DNA from: Candidatus Magasanikiibacteriota bacterium
GTDB lineage: Bacteria > Patescibacteriota > Patescibacteriia > Magasanikbacterales > UBA922
NCBI GenBank assembly: GCA_016207245.1
Contig: JACQQA010000009.1
Span: 9,165-73,164 of the forward strand
Length of the DNA: 64,000 nt
Direction: 5' to 3'
Shown: positions 10,137 through 19,153 of the stretch, piece after piece
Position numbering within the stretch: position 1 is the stretch's first letter
Layout of the letters: each line of letters begins with the position of its first letter
Notes under the pieces: model-generated
The model's database searches: none
The model's input: the letters and a program-made list of their open reading frames with translations, nothing else
What the model was told of the DNA's origin: nothing
Made by a program: the position numbers and the translations under genes

Positions 10137-10475
10137 TCAGCATCCTCCTACCATATCCGGCGCGTCTTGCACGCTGGCTGCCGGAGCGCTGCCGCCCAAG
10201 TTCACATTTCCGCTCTTAATTTTGCTTAATAAGATTGCTGATTGCGCGGTTTGAACAACCGATAATAAGGTTAAGAGCGCCAGAACAATCGTCACTGACA
10301 AACTGCCCCACGGCAATTTTGGTTTTTCCGCTTTATTTTCCAAGGTGCTCAAAATCTCCGCCTTTAACTGCTGAATTTCGTTGGGTGTTTCTCTCGCCTC
10401 CGCCGACTGATGTTCGTGATTTTCACAACAATTATTATTTTCGTCGTGATGTTCTTCATTGTGTGTTTGGGTCAT
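10137..10475 (-). CDS. Single-pass membrane protein with a His/Cys-rich N-terminus and C-terminal DAPDMVGGC
   Basis: MTQTHNEEHHDENNNCCENHEH..., one TM helix, and the tail ...SVQDAPDMVGGC*. Confidence 0.55.
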   Translation of the reverse strand: MTQTHNEEHHDENNNCCENHEHQSAEARETPNEIQQLKAEILSTLENKAEKPKLPWGSLSVTIVLALLTLLSVVQTAQSAILLSKIKSGNVNLGGSAPAASVQDAPDMVGGC

Positions 10476-10515
10476 ATTTACTATTAAGAAATTAGTTTGA
10501 AAATTGAAAATTTCG

Positions 10516-11274
10516 TCAGCAACCTCCCACCATCCCCGGCGCGTCTTTGATTGAGCTCGGCAGCGGGGCGTCGCCGGACTGTCCGCTATATTTCGGAACT
10601 TCTAACTCCAATAAAAGCGCCGCCATATCCGGAGTATATTGTCCGTTTTGCAATTGTTCGGTCATTTTCTTGGTCATCTGTTTCGGAAAATATCTCCCTT
10701 TCCAGCGCGCCAATTCGCGCAAAATCTGGTCATCGGTGTATTCCGCGCCGTGATTTTGAATTAAATAGGCCGCCAACCCGCGCATCGCCTGGGAGTGGGC
10801 GCAGCCGCAGGCGGCTTCGCCGTTGGGAAAAACCAAAGATTTCGCTCCGCAGCAATACTCGCACGCGATTCTTGAACCGATATCCACGTATCTTTTTAAA
10901 TCCGCGCCTTGCAAAACAATTTTTTTATTGCCATAAGTCGGATCATAGGCTTTCATGGCCGTCATTGACGGCACGACCTGATCAAAACTTACATTAAGTT
11001 CCTGGCCATAAATACCCGGTACTCCGCTGGCAATTGCCAATTTCACCGCGTCTTCGCCCAGATTGCCGCTTAATTTAATCGCGCCGCCGCCCGCGCCGCT
11101 GAAAAACGATAAGGGAGACAAACGATCAAACAACCCCTTGCTGTTCAAACCGAGCTTATCTTTTGTTTCTCCCATTATCCAGCCGTTAGCAATCATGGAC
11201 ACCGCCACCACCCCAAGTAGCGCGAAGTTAACAACTTTTAATTTTGGATTAAAACCCGTTAAATCCTTTGGCAT
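10516..11274 (-). CDS. Membrane-anchored Cys-rich domain protein (CEYCCG...CGCAHS) with C-terminal DAPGMVGGC
   Basis: N-terminal TM. The Cys cluster is reminiscent of the PCYCGC-motif family (uncertain). The tail ...SIKDAPGMVGGC* matches the neighbouring gene. Confidence 0.55.
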   Translation of the reverse strand: MPKDLTGFNPKLKVVNFALLGVVAVSMIANGWIMGETKDKLGLNSKGLFDRLSPLSFFSGAGGGAIKLSGNLGEDAVKLAIASGVPGIYGQELNVSFDQVVPSMTAMKAYDPTYGNKKIVLQGADLKRYVDIGSRIACEYCCGAKSLVFPNGEAACGCAHSQAMRGLAAYLIQNHGAEYTDDQILRELARWKGRYFPKQMTKKMTEQLQNGQYTPDMAALLLELEVPKYSGQSGDAPLPSSIKDAPGMVGGC

Positions 11275-11290
11275 AATTTAAAAATTTAAA

Positions 11291-11315
11291 AACCTACTAC
11301 ATAGTATAGTAGGTT
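11291..11315. promoter_or_regulatory. 9-bp-arm inverted repeat AACCTACTA-N7-TAGTAGGTT (candidate operator or M56-gene terminator)
   Basis: Arms paired by hand. It lies between a TATAAT (minus strand) and the start of the 252-aa gene, and a T-run follows on the minus strand. Confidence 0.45.
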
Positions 11316-11347
11316 CTTTTATTATAGTAAATAGTAGTTATCCACAC

Positions 11348-12478
11348 CTACTTCTCGCACGCCTGCGCGTGGTTTAGATAGCTGTCCTCGCAAACTTGCT
11401 TGCTATTGCTTTCCGCCGCGCATTTATTATCCGCCGCTGTCATTTCTTGCATCTGGCAAGAACCTAATTCTTGATGTGTCGCTAAAGCGGCCGAACTATC
11501 CTTGAATAAAACCATGATTGACAGCAAAATTACTGCCAAAATCGCCGCGGCCGCAAAAAACTGACGATTAAAAATCTTAAACACCGGGGCATAAGAGGCG
11601 TCTGACAAACGATTTACCCGCTCTTCAATCACTGAGTTGAAAAACGACAACGCCAAACCATTCCTCAATATTGTCTGTTCCTCTTGATTGATGATTTTAA
11701 ACAACGCGCCAGCCAAACTGATTTTTTCATTATCGCCGGCACCAACCTCTTCGTCCGCCGCCATTTCTGAATAAGTAATATACTGTTTGACCAAAGCTTT
11801 AAAACCCGGAACGAAAAAGAAAAAACCTTCTCCCAATTTAAGACAAAATAGTTTCAATGGATCGCGATTTAACAAATGACGACGCTCATGGCGTAATACC
11901 GCTCGCAGTTCCTCCTCGCTCAAAGCCAAAATCAAACCGTCGGAAACGCAAATTTTGGTCTGAAAAAATCCGTAACAAAATACTGTCGGCGACTGTTCCC
12001 GAATTTCAACCACCTTCCCGGCCAAACCCAGTTCATCGGCAATTTTACGCAAATTCGCGCGCAATGTCGGCCTCGCTCTTTTCAAATGCGCTCTGACGAA
12101 TCTGTGATTTAATTTTTTAAATTTTATTGTTTTGTAAATCAGGAGCCCCGCGCCCGCAAACAATCCCAGTCCCAAGACAACAAAAGTGGAGATAATAAAC
12201 GGATGCATGGAAAAAGACAAATGTTCGGTACAGCCGCAAGCAGATTTAATTTTATCCAAAAGCATTCCGCTGAAAAAAAACAGCCGCTGGTAAACAAAAA
12301 AACCAAAAATCAAAAGACCGACCAAAACCGCCGTTGCTAATATGACAATGTTCCTTAATACTTGCTGGGATTTTGTCGTAAAGTTGTTCGACATACAGAT
12401 TTGAACGACTAGATTTCCTTTTCCAAGGGAATGACAAAAGAGAATTATCTTACCAGCTCTTTTAATTTCTTCTTCCAC
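11348..12478 (-). CDS. M56 (BlaR1-like) membrane metallopeptidase / signal transducer with a Cys-rich C-terminal tail
   Basis: HERRHLLNRDPL (HExxH) after TM helices. The C-terminus has 4 Cys (SCQMQEM..KCAAE..VCED..ACEK). Alternative start at 12394 (MSNNF). Confidence 0.8.
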   Translation of the reverse strand: MEEEIKRAGKIILFCHSLGKGNLVVQICMSNNFTTKSQQVLRNIVILATAVLVGLLIFGFFVYQRLFFFSGMLLDKIKSACGCTEHLSFSMHPFIISTFVVLGLGLFAGAGLLIYKTIKFKKLNHRFVRAHLKRARPTLRANLRKIADELGLAGKVVEIREQSPTVFCYGFFQTKICVSDGLILALSEEELRAVLRHERRHLLNRDPLKLFCLKLGEGFFFFVPGFKALVKQYITYSEMAADEEVGAGDNEKISLAGALFKIINQEEQTILRNGLALSFFNSVIEERVNRLSDASYAPVFKIFNRQFFAAAAILAVILLSIMVLFKDSSAALATHQELGSCQMQEMTAADNKCAAESNSKQVCEDSYLNHAQACEK

Positions 12479-12846
12479 TCTTTTGACTGTTTAGAATCGG
12501 AACTTTCCACGATGTCAACAAATTGCGCCACCGCCACGTCGCCATATTCGCGAATAAATGATTGCAGCGCCAGTTTGGATGCCGCGGCCAGAAACGATTC
12601 GCGACAACGAGTCGGCTGATAAACATAAGCGCCGCCCTCATCCATTTTTCGCTTCAAAATTCCTTTATCAAACAATCGCGACATCACTGTCATTATCGTG
12701 GTATAGGCGATTTGCTTCTTTTGTTTAATAACAGCCAAAACCTCCCGCACTGACGCGTTTTTTAATTTCCAAACGACTTCCATTACCTCTGCCTCCAGCT
12801 CGCCCATGGCATAATTAAGTTTTGACTGTGGTTTCATAATATGCAT
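12445..12846 (-). CDS. BlaI/MecI/CopY-family winged-helix repressor
   Basis: MGELEAEVMEVVWKL...YTTIMTVMSRLFDKGILKR is typical of BlaI/CopY. It sits immediately upstream of the M56 gene. Confidence 0.85.
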   Translation of the reverse strand: MHIMKPQSKLNYAMGELEAEVMEVVWKLKNASVREVLAVIKQKKQIAYTTIMTVMSRLFDKGILKRKMDEGGAYVYQPTRCRESFLAAASKLALQSFIREYGDVAVAQFVDIVESSDSKQSKEWKKKLKELVR

Positions 12847-12887
12847 ACTACACAGAGTAGTATAAAAAATTCCGCGATGCTTGTCAA
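12845..12887 (-). promoter_or_regulatory. Promoter TTGACA-N17-TATACT overlapped by inverted repeat ATACTAC-N5-GTAGTAT
   Basis: -35 at 12882-12887 (overlaps the recA stop), -10 at 12859-12864. The inverted repeat at 12845-12863 covers the -10 to start-codon region. Confidence 0.6.
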
Positions 12888-13945
12888 CCTTCGTCCGCCA
12901 CCGCGTCCGCGCCCGCCACTCCCGCCTCTTCGTCCGGCGCCTCGCCTTTTTCCGCCGCTTCCCAGATTTTTTCTCTGATTTCTTTCATCAGTTTTGGATT
13001 CTCGCGCAAATACTGCTTGGCTTTCTCGCGCCCCACGCCTAATTTTTCCTCGCCGAATGAGTAGCTGTTGCCGAGTTTAGTCACAATTTTATGGATAACG
13101 CCGGTATCCAGCAAATCCCCGCTGACAGAAATGCCCTCATTATACATGATATCAAACTCGGTCGTCCGAAATGGCGCCGCCACTTTATTTTTTACTACTT
13201 TTGCTTTCACGCGATTGCCAATAATTTTTTCGCCCTGTTTGATTTGCGCCGCGCGCCTAACCTCAATTCTTACTGAGCAATAAAATTTCAAAGCATTACC
13301 CCCGGGCGTAGTTTCCGGATTGCCGAAAAATACGCCGATCTTGTGGCGAATTTGGTTGATAAAAATCGTTACGGTTTTTGTCTTGCTCACAATGCCGGTG
13401 AGTTTGCGTAAAGCTTGGCTCATCAAACGCGCCTGCAAACCCATGTGCGAATCCCCCATTTCGCCTTCAATTTCCGCTTTCGGCACTAACGCGGCGACAG
13501 AATCAACCACCACCACGTCAACCGCATTGGAACGAACCAGGGTTTCAAGAATTTCCAGCGCCTGCTCGCCGGTGTCCGGCTGGGAAATTAATAGATTGTC
13601 AACATCAACCCCGATTTTGCGCGCGTAATCAGGATCCAGCGCGTGTTCCGCGTCAATGAAAGCCGCGATGCCGCCCAATTTCTGCACTTCCGCGATAATG
13701 TGCTGGGCCAAAGTGGTTTTGCCGCTGGCTTCCGGCCCAAAAATTTCAATTATCCTCCCGCGCGGCACTCCGCCAACACCCAAAGCCATATCCAATGACA
13801 CTGAGCCGGTTGATACTGCGTCAACTTCCATGGCTTTTGATTCGCCAAATCGCATAATCGCGTTATCGCCAAAACGTTCTTTTATCTGCGCGATTGCCGT
13901 TTCCGCCACCGCCAATTTTGCTTTTTCTTCGTCTTTTTTAGACAT
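12884..13945 (-). CDS. recA: Recombinase RecA
   Basis: [11 protein letters not shown] Walker A plus full-length RecA-like sequence. Confidence 0.98.
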   Translation of the reverse strand: MSKKDEEKAKLAVAETAIAQIKERFGDNAIMRFGESKAMEVDAVSTGSVSLDMALGVGGVPRGRIIEIFGPEASGKTTLAQHIIAEVQKLGGIAAFIDAEHALDPDYARKIGVDVDNLLISQPDTGEQALEILETLVRSNAVDVVVVDSVAALVPKAEIEGEMGDSHMGLQARLMSQALRKLTGIVSKTKTVTIFINQIRHKIGVFFGNPETTPGGNALKFYCSVRIEVRRAAQIKQGEKIIGNRVKAKVVKNKVAAPFRTTEFDIMYNEGISVSGDLLDTGVIHKIVTKLGNSYSFGEEKLGVGREKAKQYLRENPKLMKEIREKIWEAAEKGEAPDEEAGVAGADAVADEG

Positions 13946-14008
13946 AATAAAGAGTTAAAAAGGAGGGGTTTAATTCCCCTACCCAGTCATAGAATAATAT
14001 TTTTTGTT

Positions 14009-14692
14009 TTAACTGTCAACCTCCTTATACACCACATATCTCGTCTCGCTCGTCGTCTTGCCATGCTTCTTCTTCGCCAGAATAATAATGGTGTTAACGC
14101 CGGATGATAAATTGATTTCTTCCTTAAACATGCCTTTCTCATTGGTCATTATTTTTTGGCCATTGATCAGCACTTCAACCTCCGGATTTGTTTCGCCCTG
14201 TATAACCACCGCTGGTTTGTCCACCACCAAGCCGTCGGGCGGATAATAAATCAACAGCCGCGGCACTTCCACGATTCTTTTAACTTGCAATCCCAAATAA
14301 AAAACTATTGCCAGTAATAAAATCGCAATGAAGCCATAACGCGCTATCGTCGGCACCCACTGCCAATACTGGCCGGTGAATTTTTTAAAAGAGTAGCGCG
14401 GTTTGTTTTCTCCGGTTTTTTCTTCAACCAAATATTGTTCCAAAAACGGAATCGGATCAATCCCCAGCGCTTCCACATAGCGCCGCAAATAATTTTTTTG
14501 ATAAATTTCCGCCGCCGGCAAATCGCAGAACCTGCATTCTTCCAACGCCAGCAAATATTTTTTTATTATTTTAGTCTTAATCACCAAATCATCCAAACTT
14601 ACTTTCTTTTTCTCCCTTTCTTCCTTAAGACGCAAACACACCCGACGAGGCGTTTCTAGATTTTTCTGCTGAAAAACACTCTTTGATAACAT
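14009..14692 (-). CDS. RodZ-like HTH membrane protein
   Basis: N-terminal XRE-type HTH, central TM helix, extracytoplasmic C-domain. Confidence 0.6.
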   Translation of the reverse strand: MLSKSVFQQKNLETPRRVCLRLKEEREKKKVSLDDLVIKTKIIKKYLLALEECRFCDLPAAEIYQKNYLRRYVEALGIDPIPFLEQYLVEEKTGENKPRYSFKKFTGQYWQWVPTIARYGFIAILLLAIVFYLGLQVKRIVEVPRLLIYYPPDGLVVDKPAVVIQGETNPEVEVLINGQKIMTNEKGMFKEEINLSSGVNTIIILAKKKHGKTTSETRYVVYKEVDS

Positions 14693-14714
14693 AAAAATCG
14701 TTAGGTCAAACGCA

Positions 14715-14770
14715 AAATAAAAATGAAAAAAATATGAAACAAATACGACTTCGCAATATCTGTTTCATAT
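14715..14770 (-). terminator. Rho-independent terminator after ftsK
   Basis: ATATGAAACA ... TGTTTCATAT 10-bp stem followed by a T-run on the minus strand. Confidence 0.6.
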
Positions 14771-14805
14771 TTGTCTCGTATCTGTTTTATATTCTTCTGA
14801 TATTT

Positions 14806-17238
14806 TTATCTATCCTCAGCCCTGTCTTCCTCTGCTCCCTCAACCTCTTCTTCAATGGCTCCAACGTCTTCCTCATCTTCTTCACTATTTTCATCGTCTT
14901 CATCACTATCTCCGTTATCTCCACTATCTCCATTTTCCTCGCCGCTCTCTCCATCATCAAACACATTAAACTCGCCGCCGGAATCAGTGCCGGAAACTTC
15001 TACCTCGGTCGTTAAAATTTCGCGCGGTTTCGCGCCATCAGCCGGGCCGATAATTCCCGCCGCCTCCATCTCATCCAAAATTCGCGCCGCGCGGGCGTAG
15101 CCGACTTTCAAACGGCGCTGTAATAATGACGCGCTGGCTTTGCCGGCTTGTAAAACCGCTGTTTTCGCTTCATCAAACATCGCGTCATGGTCATCGCTCG
15201 GCCCGCCGAACATATTCGCGGTTCCGCCGACAGCTTTCCCCACGATTGCTTCATCATATTCCGGCTCTTCATCGCCTTTCAAATAATTACCCACATTATT
15301 AACTTCCCCTTCGGAAATATAGGCGCCCTGAATCCGTTTTGGTTTGCTTAATTCCGCGGTTAAAAACAGCATATCGCCGCGGCCAAGCAGTTTTTCCGCG
15401 CCGGGACAGTCAAGAATCGTGCGCGAATCAATCAGCGACGCCACGGAAAACGCGATGCGAGCCGGAATGTTCGCCTTCATCAAGCCGGTGATAATATCAA
15501 CGCTCGGCCTCTGTGTGGCGACGATTAAATGAATGCCGACCGCGCGCGCCATCTGCGCCAGACGGATAATGCCGGCTTCAACTTCGCTCGCCGCGGATGC
15601 CATTAAATCCGCCAGTTCGTCAATGATAAACACAATGTGGGGTAATTTGGTTTCCGGATGTTTTTCATTATATGAATGAATATCGCGCGAACCGGCTTGC
15701 GCTAAAATTTCAAACCGCCGATCCATTTCGCCGGTTGTCCACTTCAGCGCGTTCACGGTTTTCTGCACATTGGTAATCACCGGCGCCAACAAGTGCGGGA
15801 TGCCATTATATAAAGTAAGCTCAACTCGTTTCGGGTCAACCATAATAAACCGCAAAGTTTCCGCGGTGTTCTGATACAACAAACTCATGATAATTGTGTT
15901 GATGCACACGGTTTTTCCCGAACCGGTCGCGCCGGCAACCAATAAATGCGGCATTTTCGGCAAATCCGCGAACCACACTTTGCCCGCGACATCTTTCCCC
16001 AACGCGATCATCAGATTGTGTTCGCGCTCGGCAAATTCCCGGCTTTCCAAAAGCTCTTTCAATGTTACCAGCGCGGCTTTGAAATTTGGCACTTCAATTC
16101 CGACCAAGGATTTCCCCGGAATCGGAGCTTCAATACGAATCGGATGCGCGGCCAAAGCCAAAGCCAAATCATTTGAAAGCGAGGTAATGCGGGAGAGTTT
16201 GACACCCTTCGCCGGTTTCAAAGAATATTGGGTAACCGCCGGACCAACTCTGATTTCCCCCATTTCCACTTCGATGCCAAACTCAGACAACATGCTCTGG
16301 ATCGCCTGTGCGTTCGCCTCAATGTCTCCGCTCGTCGGCTTGTCCCGTTTCGTGGTTAACAAAGAAAGCGGCGGCAAATTTTTTATAATCACTCTCTTTG
16401 TCCACGGCGAAGAATTTTTTTCTTTACCCTGAGCTTGCCGAAGGGCTTCCTCCTCTTCTGTTTCCGCGCCTTCTTCCTCGCCGTTGTTGTTCCCAGCCAT
16501 GGCTTTTTTAACAAACGCCCGCTGTTTATTCACATCCACTTCATCATCTTCATCACCTTCCCCGCCATAGACGGGTCCGCCTTGGGCGGAAACATTATCA
16601 TCATCTTCGCTTTCATATCCTTCAAACTCGCCGTTAACTTTAACGCCACCACTCCCGGTCTTAACGAATAATTTAAACAAATTAATTACTGTCTGTCCGG
16701 CCAAGCCCAAGCCCGCGAATAATTTTTTATTCAACAAAACAAAATGGGCAAGCGCAGTGTTGAAAATTAAAAATACGGATACGGCCGCCATTCCGACCAG
16801 AACCACCACGCTCGCGATTGAACCCAAATATGTTTTCATCGGCCAAGCCAGCATTCCGAACACGCCGCCACCGCTTCCTTCTAGCGCCATACTCCACATT
16901 TCCGTTGGATTAAAACCGATATGGAACAAGCTGGAGAGCGAAAGAAAAAATAAAATCGCGCCAATGCCATGCGTCTTGCGATAGTTGTATTCAATGTCTT
17001 TAAAATAAAACCAGGCGAGGATTAAAATAATCGCCGGCGCCGCATAACGCATTGAACCAAACAAAAAACTCAAAATATACTCGTCCAGCATAATGCCGAC
17101 CGCGCCCGCTTTTCCCAAAAAACTCAAAACAAAAAGAATGGCGGCAATCACCAAAACAATGCCGATAATCCCGCGGGATAATTCCGGGTCAAAGCGTTGG
17201 GAATGGTGATGGTATGGGCGGGGCATAAAAAACAACAA
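14806..17238 (-). CDS. ftsK: DNA translocase FtsK/SpoIIIE
   Basis: N-terminal TM helices, acidic linker, AGATGSGKT Walker A, and C-terminal gamma winged helix. Confidence 0.97.
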   Translation of the reverse strand: MLFFMPRPYHHHSQRFDPELSRGIIGIVLVIAAILFVLSFLGKAGAVGIMLDEYILSFLFGSMRYAAPAIILILAWFYFKDIEYNYRKTHGIGAILFFLSLSSLFHIGFNPTEMWSMALEGSGGGVFGMLAWPMKTYLGSIASVVVLVGMAAVSVFLIFNTALAHFVLLNKKLFAGLGLAGQTVINLFKLFVKTGSGGVKVNGEFEGYESEDDDNVSAQGGPVYGGEGDEDDEVDVNKQRAFVKKAMAGNNNGEEEGAETEEEEALRQAQGKEKNSSPWTKRVIIKNLPPLSLLTTKRDKPTSGDIEANAQAIQSMLSEFGIEVEMGEIRVGPAVTQYSLKPAKGVKLSRITSLSNDLALALAAHPIRIEAPIPGKSLVGIEVPNFKAALVTLKELLESREFAEREHNLMIALGKDVAGKVWFADLPKMPHLLVAGATGSGKTVCINTIIMSLLYQNTAETLRFIMVDPKRVELTLYNGIPHLLAPVITNVQKTVNALKWTTGEMDRRFEILAQAGSRDIHSYNEKHPETKLPHIVFIIDELADLMASAASEVEAGIIRLAQMARAVGIHLIVATQRPSVDIITGLMKANIPARIAFSVASLIDSRTILDCPGAEKLLGRGDMLFLTAELSKPKRIQGAYISEGEVNNVGNYLKGDEEPEYDEAIVGKAVGGTANMFGGPSDDHDAMFDEAKTAVLQAGKASASLLQRRLKVGYARAARILDEMEAAGIIGPADGAKPREILTTEVEVSGTDSGGEFNVFDDGESGEENGDSGDNGDSDEDDENSEEDEEDVGAIEEEVEGAEEDRAEDR

Positions 17239-17308
17239 TTTAGCAATTTAATAATTTAACAATTCAACACCCCAATATTTTATCACAATTCCATAAAAAG
17301 CCAAAGTC

Positions 17309-17337
17309 TTGACAATTAAAGAAAAAAGTGATTTAAT
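17309..17337 (+). promoter_or_regulatory. Sigma70-type promoter TTGACA-N17-TTTAAT
   Basis: Hexamers and 17-nt spacer counted by hand, directly upstream of GC-rich island 1. Confidence 0.55.
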
Positions 17338-17356
17338 TCGCCGCAAGGAGGTGCCC

Positions 17357-17581
17357 ATGAGTTTCAAATTGACAGCAGAAATGAGACGAAGCGCTATGCC
17401 GCTCAACATTACCATAACTGAGGATGGCAAGTTTCGAGCATGGACAAGTTGCGAGGGTACAAGAAAGGCGGGAATCATGTTTCTTGAGGACTTCGCCCAG
17501 AGGCTCGTTCTGACAGATGACCAGTTGGTCGCTCTCGTTGGCGAGCTCTGCCAACAACTGCCGGATCTCCCGCCCCGCTGA
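17357..17581 (+). CDS. GC-rich island 1: 74-aa hypothetical protein
   Basis: AAGGAGG SD 6 nt before the ATG at 17357. Sequence MSFKLTAEMRR...ELCQQLPDLPPR; no family recognised. Confidence 0.55.
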   Translation: MSFKLTAEMRRSAMPLNITITEDGKFRAWTSCEGTRKAGIMFLEDFAQRLVLTDDQLVALVGELCQQLPDLPPR

Positions 17582-17625
17582 ATGCCACACCGCTCACCCG
17601 CCGAATCGGTGACGCAGGGAAACCC

Positions 17626-17708
17626 AAAACCCGCTCGCGCCACCATCTATCTTTCTAACTGAATTAGAAAAATAGATGGGAGGAATCCGCGAGCGGGTTT
17701 TGTTTTTT
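17626..17708. terminator. Nested double hairpin, bidirectional terminator
   Basis: Outer stem AAAACCCGCTCGCG/CGCGAGCGGGTTTT encloses CCATCTAT...ATAGATGG. A T-run follows. It sits between convergent genes. Confidence 0.7.
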
Positions 17709-18429
17709 ACACTCTCTCCCACAAATTTTCAAACATCGCCATCTCCATATCAGCTAATTCTTTGCTTTCAATAACAACGGCAACAAAATCGCCGGTAAAA
17801 GAAAACATGGCGATTTTATTTTTCCATATATATTTTAATCCGTGAAAAGGATAATCGTCTTTGACTAACTTCATCTGCCGCAATTCTTTTGGAGCGAGAG
17901 CCTGTCTCTCCCTGGCCGCGGCTGAATCTCGGGCAATTACCCTGACTGGAATTTTCTTTTCCATTCTTTTCATCAAAAATTTCCGATGGCGCTCGCCTAA
18001 CTCACTCAAATAATCGCCGGCAGAGGCAAAACACGTTATGGCTTCCGCTTCGCTCACGATTTCATTCAAAATCAACCCCATCTCTTCCTTGCCTTGATAA
18101 AAACGGACGGTCGGACGCTTTCTGGCGCGTCCGGCAATCGCGTTCAGTTCCGGCAATGCGTCTTTTAGAGTCGCCGCGCGGCTTTCGGCCAAACGAATAA
18201 TCTGACCCGGGTCTTCGGCGCTAAAATAATGGATCTGTTTTTTATTATAAGTGCTAACAAACCCTTCATCAACCAAGTGTTCTAAAACTTCATAAACTGT
18301 GGAGCGCGACAATCTTGCTTTTTGCGCTATTTTGACTACCGGCCCTGAGCCAAGCTCTAAGCAGGCTAAATATACTTTGGCTTGTTTTTCCGATAAACCA
18401 TAAGTTTGGAGAATCTTGGGTAGGTTCAT
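17707..18429 (-). CDS. TrmB-family transcriptional regulator (paralog 1)
   Basis: LSEKQAKVYLACLELGSGPVVKIAQKARLSRSTVYEVLEHLVDEGFV, an N-terminal TrmB-type wHTH. Confidence 0.8.
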   Translation of the reverse strand: MNLPKILQTYGLSEKQAKVYLACLELGSGPVVKIAQKARLSRSTVYEVLEHLVDEGFVSTYNKKQIHYFSAEDPGQIIRLAESRAATLKDALPELNAIAGRARKRPTVRFYQGKEEMGLILNEIVSEAEAITCFASAGDYLSELGERHRKFLMKRMEKKIPVRVIARDSAAARERQALAPKELRQMKLVKDDYPFHGLKYIWKNKIAMFSFTGDFVAVVIESKELADMEMAMFENLWERV

Positions 18430-18467
18430 ATTATTGTCGGCAAAAGCGACGATATTTTTATATCAAT

Positions 18468-18508
18468 ATTTTAGCATAGATAAGCTAATTTGTCAAGGGT
18501 GTGGATAA
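18468..18508 (-). promoter_or_regulatory. Promoter TTGACA-N17-TAAAAT with an abutting perfect DnaA-box 9-mer
   Basis: -10 at 18468-18473, -35 at 18491-18496, TGTGGATAA at 18500-18508. Confidence 0.55.
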
Positions 18509-18524
18509 CAAACTGTCGTTAATA

Positions 18525-18553
18525 TTGGCAAACATAAAAAAATTTCTTATACT
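18525..18553 (+). promoter_or_regulatory. Promoter TTGGCA-N17-TATACT for GC-rich island 2
   Basis: Spacer counted by hand. It is followed by the leader hairpin TCCACT-CCACGG...CCGTGG-AGTGGA. Confidence 0.5.
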
Positions 18554-18622
18554 GCCCTGTTCCACTACCACGGTACAGTGCCGTGGAAAGTGGACGCTCG
18601 TTCAAAACAAAGGAGACAGACA

Positions 18623-19153
18623 ATGAAACACACGGTATTCGTCATCGTTCGCCACGCCGAGGTGGACAAGAAACACCCTCTGGGCGAAAGCGCCCCGCTC
18701 ACCGAGAATGGGGTGAAGCAGGCGAAGGAATTGGCCCGAAAGTGTAAGAACGCGGGAGTAGGCCTGGCCGTTCTCCCCACCGAAGACCTGCCGAGGTTCA
18801 GTCAGGCCGCGGCCGAGATGGAGGCGGTCGGGATCAGGGTGAAACGCGTGGACGGCATCAGCTTCAAGAACATGAAGGGCCAGATCCCAATCCGCGAAAT
18901 CGCCGCGAAGTACCGCGAAGCTGGGCTGACTCTCGTGTTCAAGCTGTTGAACCTCGGCACCGTGGCCAAGGGCGAGAAGGTCGTCATCATCGGATCCTAT
19001 CCGCTCATCGCCGGCCTGCGCTACGATCCGGCCACAGCCACGGACGAAGAGCTGGAAACCAAGCCGGACTTCTGCACCGGCATTGTGGTTGAAATCGCCA
19101 GCAACGGCATGGTGACAGTCACCTCACATGACTTCTGCCCTCTGGATGACTAG
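18623..19153 (+). CDS. GC-rich island 2: histidine-phosphatase-like (SixA/PGAM-type RHAE motif) protein
   Basis: AAAGGAG SD. VFVIVRHAEVD...PLTENGVKQAKELA resembles the N-terminal RHG motif region. The second catalytic His is not evident (GSYP). Confidence 0.45.
   Translation: MKHTVFVIVRHAEVDKKHPLGESAPLTENGVKQAKELARKCKNAGVGLAVLPTEDLPRFSQAAAEMEAVGIRVKRVDGISFKNMKGQIPIREIAAKYREAGLTLVFKLLNLGTVAKGEKVVIIGSYPLIAGLRYDPATATDEELETKPDFCTGIVVEIASNGMVTVTSHDFCPLDD

Noticed and set aside
15887-16432. 181-aa plus-strand ORF and several other plus-strand ORFs within 14855-16984.
   Set aside because: All lie antisense inside the well-supported ftsK gene.
17248-17646. 132-aa and 85-aa minus-strand ORFs over island 1.
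   Set aside because: GC-rich shadow frames. The plus strand carries the promoter, SD, ATG and terminator.
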